The translations under genes were made by a program, and so were the position numbers. From a virus (lineage: Duplodnaviria; Caudoviricetes), in IMG/VR virus record IMGVR_UViG_3300013121_000004, positions 1 through 64,000 of that record: a stretch of DNA of 64,000 nucleotides; one strand, 5' to 3'. The notes beneath the pieces are model-generated. The model did not search any database, was not told the origin of the DNA, and worked only from the letters and a program-made list of their open reading frames with translations. How positions within the stretch are numbered: the stretch's first letter is position 1; the number at the start of each line of letters is the position of its first letter. This document shows, in pieces, positions 1 to 9,753 of the stretch.

Positions 1-262
1 CGCTTACAGTCACTGCACCAGTTGTTACAGTTACATCATTTGGTATGCTAGATGCATCGTACTCGTCTAAGCTTACAGTATACGTAGCAGATACAGCTAC
101 ATCATTTGGTATGCTAGATGCATCGTACTCGTCTAAGCTTACAGTATACGTAGCAGATACAGCTACGTCACTAGGCACACTAGACGCATCGTATGCGTTA
201 ACACTTACAGTAACTGCGCCAGTGGTTACAGCTACGTCACTAGGCGCACTAGACGCATCATA
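1..262. repeat. 66-69 bp tandem repeats coding 22-23 aa units in the tail protein
   Basis: Two identical 66-bp copies (tacatcatttggtatgctagatgcatcgtactcgtctaagcttacagtatacgtagcagatacagc) plus diverged copies. Confidence 0.9.
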
Positions 263-1336
263 AGAATCTGGATACGATGTCTGAGATGCCGCGCTTGAGC
301 CTGATTCAATAGCTGTAACTATCAAATCTATTGGCATGACCTCGGTATCTGTATCAGTCCACGTTCCACCATCCGCTCGATGTGTTCTTTGTACAGTGGT
401 ACCACCGGGGTTTTGTTCTCTGTCCCCTGCGGACGGGACTACATATTTTTTTATTCCAGTTGTAGTTGTTTCATCAGGTTTAATTACTACTCTAACTACA
501 TCATTTTTAGATAAAGTTACATCTGTATCAAAGTACACCATTCTGATATAGTGACTGGTAGTTGATGTTATTCTGTCTTGCTCATGATTAACGCTACCTA
601 GCACATTATCTGCGTCATCGTACAGTACTAAGTCTAATCCACGTTCGAGAGCATCGGTTTGAGCTATTATCCCACTAACTTTGCAGTCAAATGGTATAGT
701 AATTTTATTACCTATTTCATCAGGAGATGATATAGTAGTTACGTTCACCGTGCCTAGACTGTTTAGCTGCAATCTTAGCCCACCAAAGAATGGTTTAGAC
801 CCGTCGTTGTACTCAATACCGCACACTGGGATATAATCTGCGCTAGGTGTAGTGTGTGATCCTAAGTACGCTGCCGCACCCGGTAGAGTAATTGTCCCAG
901 CAGCCACAGCCGGAATTCCGTAACCTACTTTTAAGTTAGGAGTATTAGCAGTGTTTGAAGAGCGTACTGATAAAACATATAGGCTACCTTTTGTAACACT
1001 AACTGTATCAGTTAGTGTTACATTGTACCAAGTATTGGCCGATGGGCTGGCTATCGTCCCATAAGCACTTGCGCTTACGTATGCAGGGCTAGTTGGGGCT
1101 CTACCTGAGGATGGAGTCTCTATACCGACAGCCAACGATTGTGGCGTAGTAACAGCCTCTATGAAGATTCCGACCTTAGAAATGGTTCCTGTTTTAGGTG
1201 CTTCAAACACAAACCAACAATATTCTGTACCGGCATCTAACGTAAATGTATAGTAGGCGGTAGATTCAGCAGTTGTTGAGCCACCACCATTAAGTATGTT
1301 AGGCCATAAGATAGGAGGTACAGTAACTAAAGCCAT
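2..1336 (-). CDS. Putative tail fibre/virion surface protein (partial, runs off the left end); N-terminal domain paralogous to 1338..3038; C-terminal 22-23 aa repeats
   Basis: Not in the ORF track. ATG at 1336 gives MALVTVPPILWPNIL...FVFEAPKTGTISKVG..., open to position 2. Ser/Thr/Val-rich beta-type composition with YDASSxPxDVAV repeats. Confidence 0.6.
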   Translation of the reverse strand, partial: MALVTVPPILWPNILNGGGSTTAESTAYYTFTLDAGTEYCWFVFEAPKTGTISKVGIFIEAVTTPQSLAVGIETPSSGRAPTSPAYVSASAYGTIASPSANTWYNVTLTDTVSVTKGSLYVLSVRSSNTANTPNLKVGYGIPAVAAGTITLPGAAAYLGSHTTPSADYIPVCGIEYNDGSKPFFGGLRLQLNSLGTVNVTTISSPDEIGNKITIPFDCKVSGIIAQTDALERGLDLVLYDDADNVLGSVNHEQDRITSTTSHYIRMVYFDTDVTLSKNDVVRVVIKPDETTTTGIKKYVVPSAGDREQNPGGTTVQRTHRADGGTWTDTDTEVMPIDLIVTAIESGSSAASQTSYPDSYDASSAPSDVAVTTGAVTVSVNAYDASSVPSDVAVSATYTVSLDEYDASSIPNDVAVSATYTVSLDEYDASSIPNDVTVTTGAVTVS

Positions 1337-1337
1337 A

Positions 1338-3038
1338 CTATACGTTCTCCCATAATGCGGATATTGTTGGTGCTATAGTAAAATATCCGTCTGTATCTTC
1401 TGTAAATCCTGTGCGAATACCATTCATCATTAAGTACCCGCCCGCAGATTGAGAAGATCCAGTCCATGAAAATGATCCTGTTCCTGTTGTAGCTTTATAC
1501 GAGCACGCTAACGATAAGCTACCAGCATTGACCTTAAATACTTCAGTGGTAGGGCATGTTATTGTTTTGCTAGAATTGACTACTGCGAAAATAAGTTGAC
1601 CAACATTGTCTTCTGTAAACGACGCTCCAGTAGATACAGATGTACTACCAACCGTAGATGCGGGGGCAGATGTTGAGTTAAAAAGTATACCGGATGTCAT
1701 ATCCACCCCGTCCGCAGCCATAGCGAAATTAGTATCTGTCACTTCTACTATTCCCCACGCTAATTCATCTATTTCAGCAGAGAACGTGAGAGTAACGGCA
1801 GCTGATGACTCAGTAGTTGCGGCCTTTACTACAGCGAAACCACAATTTCTTGACGTTGTAGTCTGTATGTTTTGCAATATTTCCCACGTGCTTCCACCGT
1901 CGTTACCAGTAATAGTTGATAATTTAATGGAGCTAGCGGAAGCGTCATAGGTATACCATATTAAAACATACACTCTATTCGCGGTAAGCGTAACCGCAGC
2001 AGTATTGTAAATAGTAGCTGCTACTACATTAGTACCTGAAGTGAGTGCAGTTGGTGTGGTAGATATAGATGCTATCTCTGATGTGGTTCCTGTTACTGCA
2101 ATACAATCGGCCCCGGCAGGTAGAGCATCAGCGACTGGCCCGCTATACAGGTCTATTTTACCCAAGTAGTTTGTCCCTGATACGTTGTACAGTACTACAT
2201 AAAATACTTCGTCTACAGCCAGTTCGAGATCTTTAGAAAAGTTAAAGTACCCGCCAAAAGAAGACGGACTGCTGTTAAGTGAAGCTGCTCTGGTTTCTAT
2301 CGTGCCTCTAGCTACAATCTCATACGCCGAATTATACACCAACACGCGCATGGCAGATGCAGTTACACCGCTAGCTGTTAGGTTACTAAAGACAGCGCCA
2401 GAGACTTTACATTTGAATGGGAAACTATATTTGTTCCCATAAACGTATTGCGCAGTCGTTATTTGTGTTCTAGATTGTAAATATGGCCCCATATTTAGAA
2501 TAGGGACTACAGAATCGTCACTGTATTCGAAACCAAACGAACCAACACCAGTAGACTGATCAACAGACCATACAGAAGAACTGTTACTTGTAGCATACGC
2601 GCTAGAGTTAGCCATATAACTCCCAGTATATTGCGCGTATAAGTTGATGCTTATAGACCCTACTGTAGAGTTGTAGTAGATCACAACAGCAAATTCATCG
2701 CCTTGTGATACTGTAGCTTGTGTGCCTAGCGCAACAGTATAATTTGTATCAGTAGCTGGTGAGGCTACATCACCGTAAGTCCCTGCCGCCCATATAGTGC
2801 CTGTAGGATACCCGTTCGCTGTAGTTTGGATCTCTACTCGCAAGTTTCGCGAAGTGGTTACTGTAGCTGTTCTAAAAAATATGGACTTTATATCGCCACT
2901 TTTAGGCGCGTAGCATATAAACGCTACCTTCTCGTTCGCATGGTCTATTAAAGTGGTAGAGTTACCACTGCTTAAAGAGTTACCAGCAGGAGCAATATGC
3001 GGGTATGTAATAGGCGACGGTAGAGTTATCCATCCCAT
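1338..3038 (-). CDS. Putative tail fibre / receptor-binding virion protein
   Basis: 566 aa, Ser/Thr/Gly/aromatic-rich beta-type sequence, in the structural-gene cluster. Confidence 0.55.
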   Translation of the reverse strand: MGWITLPSPITYPHIAPAGNSLSSGNSTTLIDHANEKVAFICYAPKSGDIKSIFFRTATVTTSRNLRVEIQTTANGYPTGTIWAAGTYGDVASPATDTNYTVALGTQATVSQGDEFAVVIYYNSTVGSISINLYAQYTGSYMANSSAYATSNSSSVWSVDQSTGVGSFGFEYSDDSVVPILNMGPYLQSRTQITTAQYVYGNKYSFPFKCKVSGAVFSNLTASGVTASAMRVLVYNSAYEIVARGTIETRAASLNSSPSSFGGYFNFSKDLELAVDEVFYVVLYNVSGTNYLGKIDLYSGPVADALPAGADCIAVTGTTSEIASISTTPTALTSGTNVVAATIYNTAAVTLTANRVYVLIWYTYDASASSIKLSTITGNDGGSTWEILQNIQTTTSRNCGFAVVKAATTESSAAVTLTFSAEIDELAWGIVEVTDTNFAMAADGVDMTSGILFNSTSAPASTVGSTSVSTGASFTEDNVGQLIFAVVNSSKTITCPTTEVFKVNAGSLSLACSYKATTGTGSFSWTGSSQSAGGYLMMNGIRTGFTEDTDGYFTIAPTISALWENV

Positions 3039-3307
3039 TAGAAATCGCCTACAGCGGAAGGGTCTTTATCCCCTACTTTATGGTATATTAAGGTGTGTAT
3101 ATCAGCACTGGTTAAAGTACGGCCTACTGCTCTTTCATACACTTCTCTAAGGATTGTACGCGCTGCTTCTTTTTCGGCGGCACTCCCGTTCTTAGAATAA
3201 GAAATACAAGTACGCACAAACGCATCTAAAGCTTCTTCATTTCTACTAAATAGAAGCAATATTATTTGTCGTAGATGAGAATTTAACTGAACAGTAGTTA
3301 GTGCCAT
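3038..3307 (-). CDS. Hypothetical protein
   Basis: 89 aa ORF, stop overlaps the next start. Confidence 0.6.
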   Translation of the reverse strand: MALTTVQLNSHLRQIILLLFSRNEEALDAFVRTCISYSKNGSAAEKEAARTILREVYERAVGRTLTSADIHTLIYHKVGDKDPSAVGDF

Positions 3308-3338
3308 AGCTTATTAACCACCACATTTTCTGATATAC

Positions 3339-3377
3339 GTGTAGAGAAGGCTAATGTGATTATAGCCTTCTCTACAC
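3339..3377. terminator. Intergenic 15-bp perfect hairpin
   Basis: gtgtagagaaggcta-N9-tagccttctctacac just downstream of 3392..3790. Confidence 0.6.
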
Positions 3378-3391
3378 TATAAGCTATATTG

Positions 3392-3790
3392 TTAAAGCTT
3401 GAAAATTTTATTGGTGGTGTTAGCCCACGCTATAATGATGTCGCCACCGTTTGGTGTGACGGGAAGACCAGTACCTGAGTCGAGATACAAGATTAGCGGG
3501 CTAGTACCGGATACGCCTGTGTCTTTATACACAACGAACGCCTCGATGGATGAGCCAGTAACTGCTGATAAAGTAACATCAGCAGCATCAGCGATACCGC
3601 CAGTAACTGTCTTTGATGCAAGGTTACCAGATGTTGCTACAATACCAGAAAGTTCACTGTGAAACTGGTGAGCAGCAGAAAAGGTATAAGTACCTGTGTC
3701 TATAGCTACTACCTTAATGTCAGCTGTAGACCAGTTGATACCAGCCGTTAGGAAAAGCTCTCGACCATAGTTATACATCGCGTTAGCCAT
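3392..3790 (-). CDS. Virion structural (minor tail-type) protein
   Basis: MANAMYNYG...ADAADVT...LPVTPNGGDIII pattern, recalled from small phage tail-associated proteins; strong SD AAGGAG. Confidence 0.6.
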   Translation of the reverse strand: MANAMYNYGRELFLTAGINWSTADIKVVAIDTGTYTFSAAHQFHSELSGIVATSGNLASKTVTGGIADAADVTLSAVTGSSIEAFVVYKDTGVSGTSPLILYLDSGTGLPVTPNGGDIIIAWANTTNKIFKL

Positions 3791-3987
3791 TGTTTATTCT
3801 CCTTATTTATATATCTAACGCGATGTATACGCTGTCTATGATTTGAGTATCTTGTTTGCAGCATTCTCTCCTAGTCTGCCAGCAAACTTTATTGTGAAAA
3901 TACCTAGAAGCACGTACAGCGCTACCAGATGCTTTTGTCGTTTAGCTTCTTTTATTCTATCATAGAGGAGTGGGATAGTAAATTCGC

Positions 3988-4287
3988 TCATTCAAGCTCT
4001 TCTACACTCATAACTCGATAATAGTTCTTCTCTACTAGCCAGATAGCTTTAGCGATAGCTGATTCAATATCTGTAGCAATTACTTTAATCAGAGTAGCGT
4101 CCGCTAGATCCCCGTTCTCTGATATTTCTTGAAATCCAGAAAAAGACCACATATACGATGGGCTGAAAGTATCGTAATCATTTACGGTGTCGAATAAAGC
4201 CTTCAGTTCGTCTCTGCCGGACGGCCACACTGTCCTAGCAAAAACTACAAGCTTACTATCTAACTTAGATGCTTCAGGCATAAGCAT
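3988..4287 (-). CDS. Hypothetical protein
   Basis: 99 aa ORF in operon. Confidence 0.6.
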   Translation of the reverse strand: MLMPEASKLDSKLVVFARTVWPSGRDELKALFDTVNDYDTFSPSYMWSFSGFQEISENGDLADATLIKVIATDIESAIAKAIWLVEKNYYRVMSVEELE

Positions 4288-4294
4288 TCCCCCC

Positions 4295-4537
4295 TTAAGA
4301 CTCTAGGTCTAACAAAAAATCTAGCTCTTTGTCTGTTGTGTTAAACATACGCGTCTTGCCGCACTTCTTGCACTCCCCTTTTACTTTCGAGCCATTGGGC
4401 TCATCAATTCTCCAGTGATGAGGAGGACACTGCGTTACTACGTCTGCCCTTAGCGGGAAAACTTTTTCCTTCTTGTTTGTCTTACTGCGTTTGATCTCTT
4501 CCATAGCCTTGTAGCTGACTCTTTTTTTGTCGGCCAT
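4295..4537 (-). CDS. Hypothetical zinc-ribbon protein
   Basis: CPPHHW...CKKC. Confidence 0.55.
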   Translation of the reverse strand: MADKKRVSYKAMEEIKRSKTNKKEKVFPLRADVVTQCPPHHWRIDEPNGSKVKGECKKCGKTRMFNTTDKELDFLLDLES

Positions 4538-4629
4538 CGTCCTAGCGTTACGGAATACATAACGCCTTCTATTCCATAAGTGTGTGTTAATCTTCAGCCT
4601 ATGGCCTGAATTAGTTAATAATGTAGCTT

Positions 4630-5286
4630 CTATAGTGCTCCTCTTCCTGCTGCGTTCCAGTGCTTCATAGTTACTGGAAAATGCTCGTTTAATAGCTCTT
4701 CAATTTGTTGGGCCTCTTTACGAATCTCCAGCAAGGCTGCGACATCCGTACGTAGAGCGAGAAAATTTAGCCAACCACGCAATGAGGCTGTCGCGTACAT
4801 CTTTGTATATGTGCCGATAGGAAGTACAGTTCTAGCTACCTCCTTAGCGATTCCAAGCTCTAGCAAATCCTTGTACGCTTGGAAACACGCTGCATACGCC
4901 TTCTCAATAAGCGCCACCCCTGCTACAGCTATATCCTTTTCTACGGGTTCAAACGCATATGCCCCCGGCTTCCCTACTTGCATACGCATATCATCTACTG
5001 CTGGAACCCATGCTTTTGGAGACTCTAGTTTAGTATACCGTTGGCTCAGTTCACTGTAATGCTGAACCCGGTGTCGTTGCCATTCGCGGGCTACGAAGAT
5101 AGGAATATCAGCGTACACAGTCATACCAGAATGCTCGAACGGACTAGCATGTTTATTACGTACAAGAAAACCGACTAAACCAGTATTAGCTTCGTTCATC
5201 TCGTTAGACACTCTATCAAAGCTAGCTCTAGCCATGTTTACTATCTTTAGGTCAGATCCCCATACTTCCTCTAACACTACACTCAT
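4630..5286 (-). CDS. thyX: FAD-dependent thymidylate synthase
   Basis: HASPFEH, REWQRHR...SELSQRY, EVARTVLP motifs; likely start is ATG 5286 (ATGA overlap with upstream stop). Confidence 0.95.
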   Translation of the reverse strand: MSVVLEEVWGSDLKIVNMARASFDRVSNEMNEANTGLVGFLVRNKHASPFEHSGMTVYADIPIFVAREWQRHRVQHYSELSQRYTKLESPKAWVPAVDDMRMQVGKPGAYAFEPVEKDIAVAGVALIEKAYAACFQAYKDLLELGIAKEVARTVLPIGTYTKMYATASLRGWLNFLALRTDVAALLEIRKEAQQIEELLNEHFPVTMKHWNAAGRGAL

Positions 5287-6230
5287 ATATTCCATCTTTC
5301 TACTTCTTGTCCGCATGTAGGGCAGACTTTGAAGTTGTCATTCAAATACTTTTGCTTTTTTTCTAACTGTTCCGCAACAATAGATACTATACTTTCTGCT
5401 TCTATCAAGGCGTCTACTGTTTGATCTAAGTCTTTCACTTTTTCCTCTATCTCTATAAGAGATAGCGCTTCGTTTTTTAGGGCTGTCAAGTATCGCGCAT
5501 CTAGTGTTTTGATTTCACTTAGTTGAGTTTTGTATTCATCCATACTACTAGCTAGTGCATAAGTCTTTACGACTTCATCTACTTCACGAGTTAAGTATTT
5601 AATACTTGTATCTAGTTTATTGTACTTATTTCGATCTTCATGTAGTCTCTGCTCTAGTGCTTCTGCTACTTCTGTATTCTTTTCTAGAGTCGCAATTTTG
5701 CTTTTCCGATCAGCGTGTAGTTTTCTTACGTCTCTATTACAGGCCGTTAGAGCAGAGAAAATCACATCCATTTTGGTAACAGAAGCGATCACTTTAGCTG
5801 CCTGTTGCCCGCTCTCAGCTAATAGAAAAGGCAAAGACATTTGTGTACTAATTTGAGGAGTTAATTTAACGCCATCTATATCTATTGCCTTAATACCTAG
5901 CGCGTCGCTTATTTCGTCTGGAACTTTACCTCCAGTCTTTGTGTACTCTTGCGCTCCGCCTACAGTAGTTAGCTTATATACTCCGCCGCTCTTAGCGACT
6001 TTGCTCCATCCGACATGTAGCCCACTGCTCAACTCAATGTCTACTGAAGCTTTAGTTTGCCCTTGCTTAATAAACGAATCTCCACCTTGGTTGACTATGA
6101 CTGCATTTATTGCCCTAAATAGGGCGCTCTTTCCAGCATTACTAGGGCCAGTTATCACTGTAATCGGCCCTAGCTCTACTGTCTGGTTGTTGATTGATTG
6201 GTAGCCATGAACAGCTACTGATGAGATCAC
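5283..6230 (-). CDS. Rad50/SbcC-like ATPase, N-terminal half only (Walker A, coiled coil, terminal Zn-hook)
   Basis: YQSI...GPSNAGKS, Q-loop-like STQ, coiled coil, ends in CPTCG; no ABC signature or Walker B. Confidence 0.8.
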   Translation of the reverse strand: MISSVAVHGYQSINNQTVELGPITVITGPSNAGKSALFRAINAVIVNQGGDSFIKQGQTKASVDIELSSGLHVGWSKVAKSGGVYKLTTVGGAQEYTKTGGKVPDEISDALGIKAIDIDGVKLTPQISTQMSLPFLLAESGQQAAKVIASVTKMDVIFSALTACNRDVRKLHADRKSKIATLEKNTEVAEALEQRLHEDRNKYNKLDTSIKYLTREVDEVVKTYALASSMDEYKTQLSEIKTLDARYLTALKNEALSLIEIEEKVKDLDQTVDALIEAESIVSIVAEQLEKKQKYLNDNFKVCPTCGQEVERWNI

Positions 6231-6529
6231 CGCCCTAGAACAATCTCCTGCTTAGGCACTACAATCCTATTAGCAGTGTTTTGCTGTCTCGCCATAAGTT
6301 TTTTCTGACTTTCAATCTGAGCTTCAGCAGAAGCTAGCTGACATTCCTCGGCTGGAACAGTAACAAACTGATTATTGTCTGGGTCTACGCAGAAGAATTG
6401 CAGATCCTTCCCTATACCTACCCCCATACCGAGTACTAGGTAGTAAAAGTCTAGCCCATTTGAACCCGGAGCGCGTGTGATTGGGATCTTCTCTAGAACA
6501 GGAGAAATCGATATCGCGTAATGGTGCAT
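6227..6529 (-). CDS. Hypothetical protein
   Basis: 100 aa ORF coupled to the downstream gene. Confidence 0.55.
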   Translation of the reverse strand: MHHYAISISPVLEKIPITRAPGSNGLDFYYLVLGMGVGIGKDLQFFCVDPDNNQFVTVPAEECQLASAEAQIESQKKLMARQQNTANRIVVPKQEIVLGR

Positions 6530-6631
6530 GGTTATATTACCTTTCTATCTATAGAGTGACAATGATAGCATTTCTTTTCTATCACTATCTCATCTTTCTC
6601 ATCTTCAGAGTATAGGTCTAAGAAATGAAGC

Positions 6632-7831
6632 TTATGTAGCCTCAGTATCCGACACAGGGTATTCACTCTCAAGTTGTTTAGTTTCTGTCTCATATCCCTC
6701 CAACGCTGGTGCATTCGCCAGCCCCATAATGAGCGTGTCTTCCGGGTAAGTTGGAGTTACTTGAAGTGTTTCGACGATCTCTTTTACGTATTTGCATCCC
6801 GGAGTAGCTAGGGTATCTAGCACATCTTGTTCCCGACGACTCTTTTCATCGTCGTGGAACATATACCAGCTACCCTTCTGAATAATGATACCATTCTTAA
6901 TTCCGATATCAAACATCTCTCTAGTCTGATCGATACCGTTATCAAACATGATTCGAAGTTTTGTGCGATTGAACGGCTTAGCAACTTTGTTCTTTTGCAC
7001 GTATACGTTAGTTGTAATACCTAAGTTCTGCTTTTCTGCCCCTTCGCCTTTTGTAATCATTCCACCGGGTTCTAACTCTAGCACTAAGGATGAATAGAAG
7101 CGACAAGCGTGCTCTGCAATCATAGTCTTATTAGGCCCAAACATTACACCTACCTTTTCTCGATACTGGTTGATCAAGATTAGGGCAATTTGATGCTTAG
7201 AGATTTTCTGAGCCAGCCGTCGCATAGCTTTACCCATCAGCCTAGCGTGTGAGCCTACTTGCCTTGATGATACGTCTACTCCTAGCTCTTCTGCTGTAGC
7301 TAAGCCTGCGACGGAATCTAGAATGATTACAACAAGGTCATCAGGCATTTCTGCTCGCACCATGTCAATTACTTGTTCAATCTCCATGATTGCTTCATCT
7401 AGATTATCAGGGGATACTACTACGACTTCTTCTGGGTCTAGCCCAATCTGTCTCGCTCTATCCTTATCTAGTGCGGCAGCTTCTCCATCCAAGTAGATAG
7501 CGATGCCGCCCCTACGCTGAGTCTCTGCCATAATGTGGTATGTGAGCGTAGTCTTACCTACGGATGTGGCACCAACAACAAGTGATACCCTCCCTACAGG
7601 AATACCGGGGCGACCAATTGCTTGGTCTAGTAGAAGACTTTGAGTACTAATCCAATTAGTTACAGTAGATATAGAACCGGAAGAGGCAAGCATTTCTGCC
7701 GCCTCTTCCCCGAACTTATCCTGTAGCTGAGCTACGATTTTGTTTAACTTATTGGCTTTAGATACTACTACTCCGTCTTCTCCGACCTCTAGTACTTTCT
7801 TTGGTCGGCGCTTTGTAGCAGTTGCTGCCAT
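6632..7831 (-). CDS. recA: RecA/UvsX recombinase
   Basis: GATSVGKTT Walker A, DSVAGL, INQYREKVG, KNKVAKPF. Confidence 0.95.
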   Translation of the reverse strand: MAATATKRRPKKVLEVGEDGVVVSKANKLNKIVAQLQDKFGEEAAEMLASSGSISTVTNWISTQSLLLDQAIGRPGIPVGRVSLVVGATSVGKTTLTYHIMAETQRRGGIAIYLDGEAAALDKDRARQIGLDPEEVVVVSPDNLDEAIMEIEQVIDMVRAEMPDDLVVIILDSVAGLATAEELGVDVSSRQVGSHARLMGKAMRRLAQKISKHQIALILINQYREKVGVMFGPNKTMIAEHACRFYSSLVLELEPGGMITKGEGAEKQNLGITTNVYVQKNKVAKPFNRTKLRIMFDNGIDQTREMFDIGIKNGIIIQKGSWYMFHDDEKSRREQDVLDTLATPGCKYVKEIVETLQVTPTYPEDTLIMGLANAPALEGYETETKQLESEYPVSDTEAT

Positions 7832-7833
7832 AT

Positions 7834-8820
7834 TTACTTAGCTCCTCTTCGCGCTTTTAGGCGCTCTACTGCTGATGGCTTTGTAGCGGCAGCAGTGGCG
7901 GCTGTATTGGTTGCCGAGCGAGAGAATGAAGTACGCTTTGGAGGTGCTGGTTCTGTTACTTCCTCTTCCTCGTCTTCGTCATCATCGTCCCAAGGCAAAT
8001 CATCATCATCATCTTCGTCTTCGTCGTAATCATCATCATCATCATCTTCGTCTTCCTGCACAGGAGCAGGCTTACGGGCAGCGGCCTTAGCAGGAGCAGG
8101 CTTGTTGCGCTTTGGAGGCTCTGGCTCGTCGTCGTCATCGTCGTCAGTATCGTCTAGGTCTTCCATAAGGCCAGCAGAGATTAAAAGCTCTTCCCTAGCA
8201 TCACGCATGTCGTCTGCTGATGGGTAGTTGATTGTGTCTTCTAGTTCTGTTACTTCGTTGTTCTCAAACCAGTTGAAAGCAACATCAGGAAGAGCGCCTG
8301 TGTTGCGGCCTACGGATACGCTGTACTTGGTAAAGCGCCCGGTGCCTTCGCGGTTGACGATTAGAGAACGTCCATCCTCTACGTCGGTAATATCGCCCCA
8401 CTCATTAAAGATCTTCGAGATGTCTCGAACGACAGTCCAACCGGGCTCCCAAATAGCAAATGACTGAGTGTCGATATTCCATACATTGCAGCGATACCGC
8501 TTCTTTGCCTTCATGCCATTTAGTTCTTCTTCATCAATCCGGTCAGTGACGCGCTTTAGCGTGCGACACACTTCACAAGTACCGGACTTGCCCATGTTCT
8601 TAAGGCAAACGATGCTTTTGTTAGAAGACGGAAGGAAGTGAACCCAGATCTCTACAAACGGCTCCTTGCGGCCATATTCGGATAGTGCTGTTTCTGTTAC
8701 AGGAAGTAGTCGAAGTTCATTACGGCCTTCCTTAAGCTTAAGGAAGTTTGATCCGCCTACCTTTTCATCCATTGCCTTTCGGACTTCATCAGCGTTGGGA
8801 CGTGCAAATTTTGTAGCCAT
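7834..8820 (-). CDS. Single-stranded DNA-binding protein (gp32-like)
   Basis: HF...C...CxxC, GDITDVEDGR, long acidic tail, adjacent to recA. Confidence 0.75.
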   Translation of the reverse strand: MATKFARPNADEVRKAMDEKVGGSNFLKLKEGRNELRLLPVTETALSEYGRKEPFVEIWVHFLPSSNKSIVCLKNMGKSGTCEVCRTLKRVTDRIDEEELNGMKAKKRYRCNVWNIDTQSFAIWEPGWTVVRDISKIFNEWGDITDVEDGRSLIVNREGTGRFTKYSVSVGRNTGALPDVAFNWFENNEVTELEDTINYPSADDMRDAREELLISAGLMEDLDDTDDDDDDEPEPPKRNKPAPAKAAARKPAPVQEDEDDDDDDYDEDEDDDDDLPWDDDDEDEEEEVTEPAPPKRTSFSRSATNTAATAAATKPSAVERLKARRGAK

Positions 8821-8824
8821 AGTT

Positions 8825-9145
8825 TTAGTTCTCCTCTTTTTGTTTAGTGTTTAGTCTTTCTATGCGTTCTGCTTCTGCTACTAGTAGTGCGATTGCTTTG
8901 ATTAGGTACATTTCGTCCGTAGGGGGGCTGCTTTGCGGGGCAGCTACTTGCGATTTTGTGTATTTAGTTAGATACGTTCTAGCGTAATCTACTAATTCGA
9001 ACTGGTTATGTTTATCGTCGTGTTCTGGCGAATACCCTTTCTTGCCGATCTGGTAAATGCGCTCGTCAAAAATATCTTCAAGTACTTTATTAAAGTTACT
9101 GTCAACTAAACTGTTAATAGCTTCATCAAGTTCATCGGAGTTCAT
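8825..9145 (-). CDS. Conserved phage protein (possibly MazG-like helical fold)
   Basis: ERxxQ...EHDD...LIKAIALLVAEAER. Confidence 0.45.
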   Translation of the reverse strand: MNSDELDEAINSLVDSNFNKVLEDIFDERIYQIGKKGYSPEHDDKHNQFELVDYARTYLTKYTKSQVAAPQSSPPTDEMYLIKAIALLVAEAERIERLNTKQKEEN

Positions 9146-9155
9146 GTTTACCTTC

Positions 9156-9629
9156 TTACATGGAGTTTAGAATTGCTTTCCTTTCGTCGCGCTGCATACC
9201 GGCGAGCGTAGCAATAAGTGTACCTCGTTGCTTAAATGCTTCATAGATAGCATCCATTACTTTCTTGTTCGAATACGCTTTTGTATAAATATCCACCTGA
9301 GCCATGTAGTCTTCACTTGATTTAACCCTAGCCAAAACCTTAGCTTCAGATAGCTTCTCGTTATTAATGGCGGCTTCTTCTCTGATATCTGCGTCTAGCT
9401 CGGCCATTACGGAATCAAGCAGCTTCTTCTGCTCCATCTCATTAGCATCTGCTAATGCGGCTTCTACGCCAATCCAAGCTAGCATTCCGGGTTGAGAGCT
9501 AATAGCGTCCATAATCCCTTCGTAATCTGTTGGGATTTCCAATAGTTCCTTAGTGCTATACAGTTCTCCTTGAATAATGAAATCGATATTCATACCAATT
9601 CCTTCATTAACTACTGCGACTGATTTCAT
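9156..9629 (-). CDS. Putative UvsY-like recombination mediator
   Basis: All-helical 157 aa, KLSEAKV...EAFKQR; in operon with SSB and RecA. Confidence 0.5.
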   Translation of the reverse strand: MKSVAVVNEGIGMNIDFIIQGELYSTKELLEIPTDYEGIMDAISSQPGMLAWIGVEAALADANEMEQKKLLDSVMAELDADIREEAAINNEKLSEAKVLARVKSSEDYMAQVDIYTKAYSNKKVMDAIYEAFKQRGTLIATLAGMQRDERKAILNSM

Positions 9630-9716
9630 GTTTTCTCCTTATTTTGCAGTTCTAAGTTTTTAGTTTGTAAGGCGACTAGACAAGACGTGAAGTTCTTGTC
9701 TAGCACCTAGGGTACT

Positions 9717-9745
9717 AGGGTAACACCTTCTATTTAGGTTGTCAA
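9717..9745 (-). promoter_or_regulatory. Sigma70-type promoter TTGACA-17-TACCCT with extended TG
   Basis: Minus strand ttgaca acctaaatagaaggtgt taccct. Confidence 0.75.
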
Positions 9746-9753
9746 ACCCTGTA

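Noticed and set aside
1-3038. Diversity-generating retroelement acting on tail genes
   Set aside because: No reverse transcriptase in the window and no adenine-specific template/variable repeat pair seen
7956-8160. (TCA/TCG)n microsatellite
   Set aside because: Simply encodes the poly-Asp/Glu tail of the SSB
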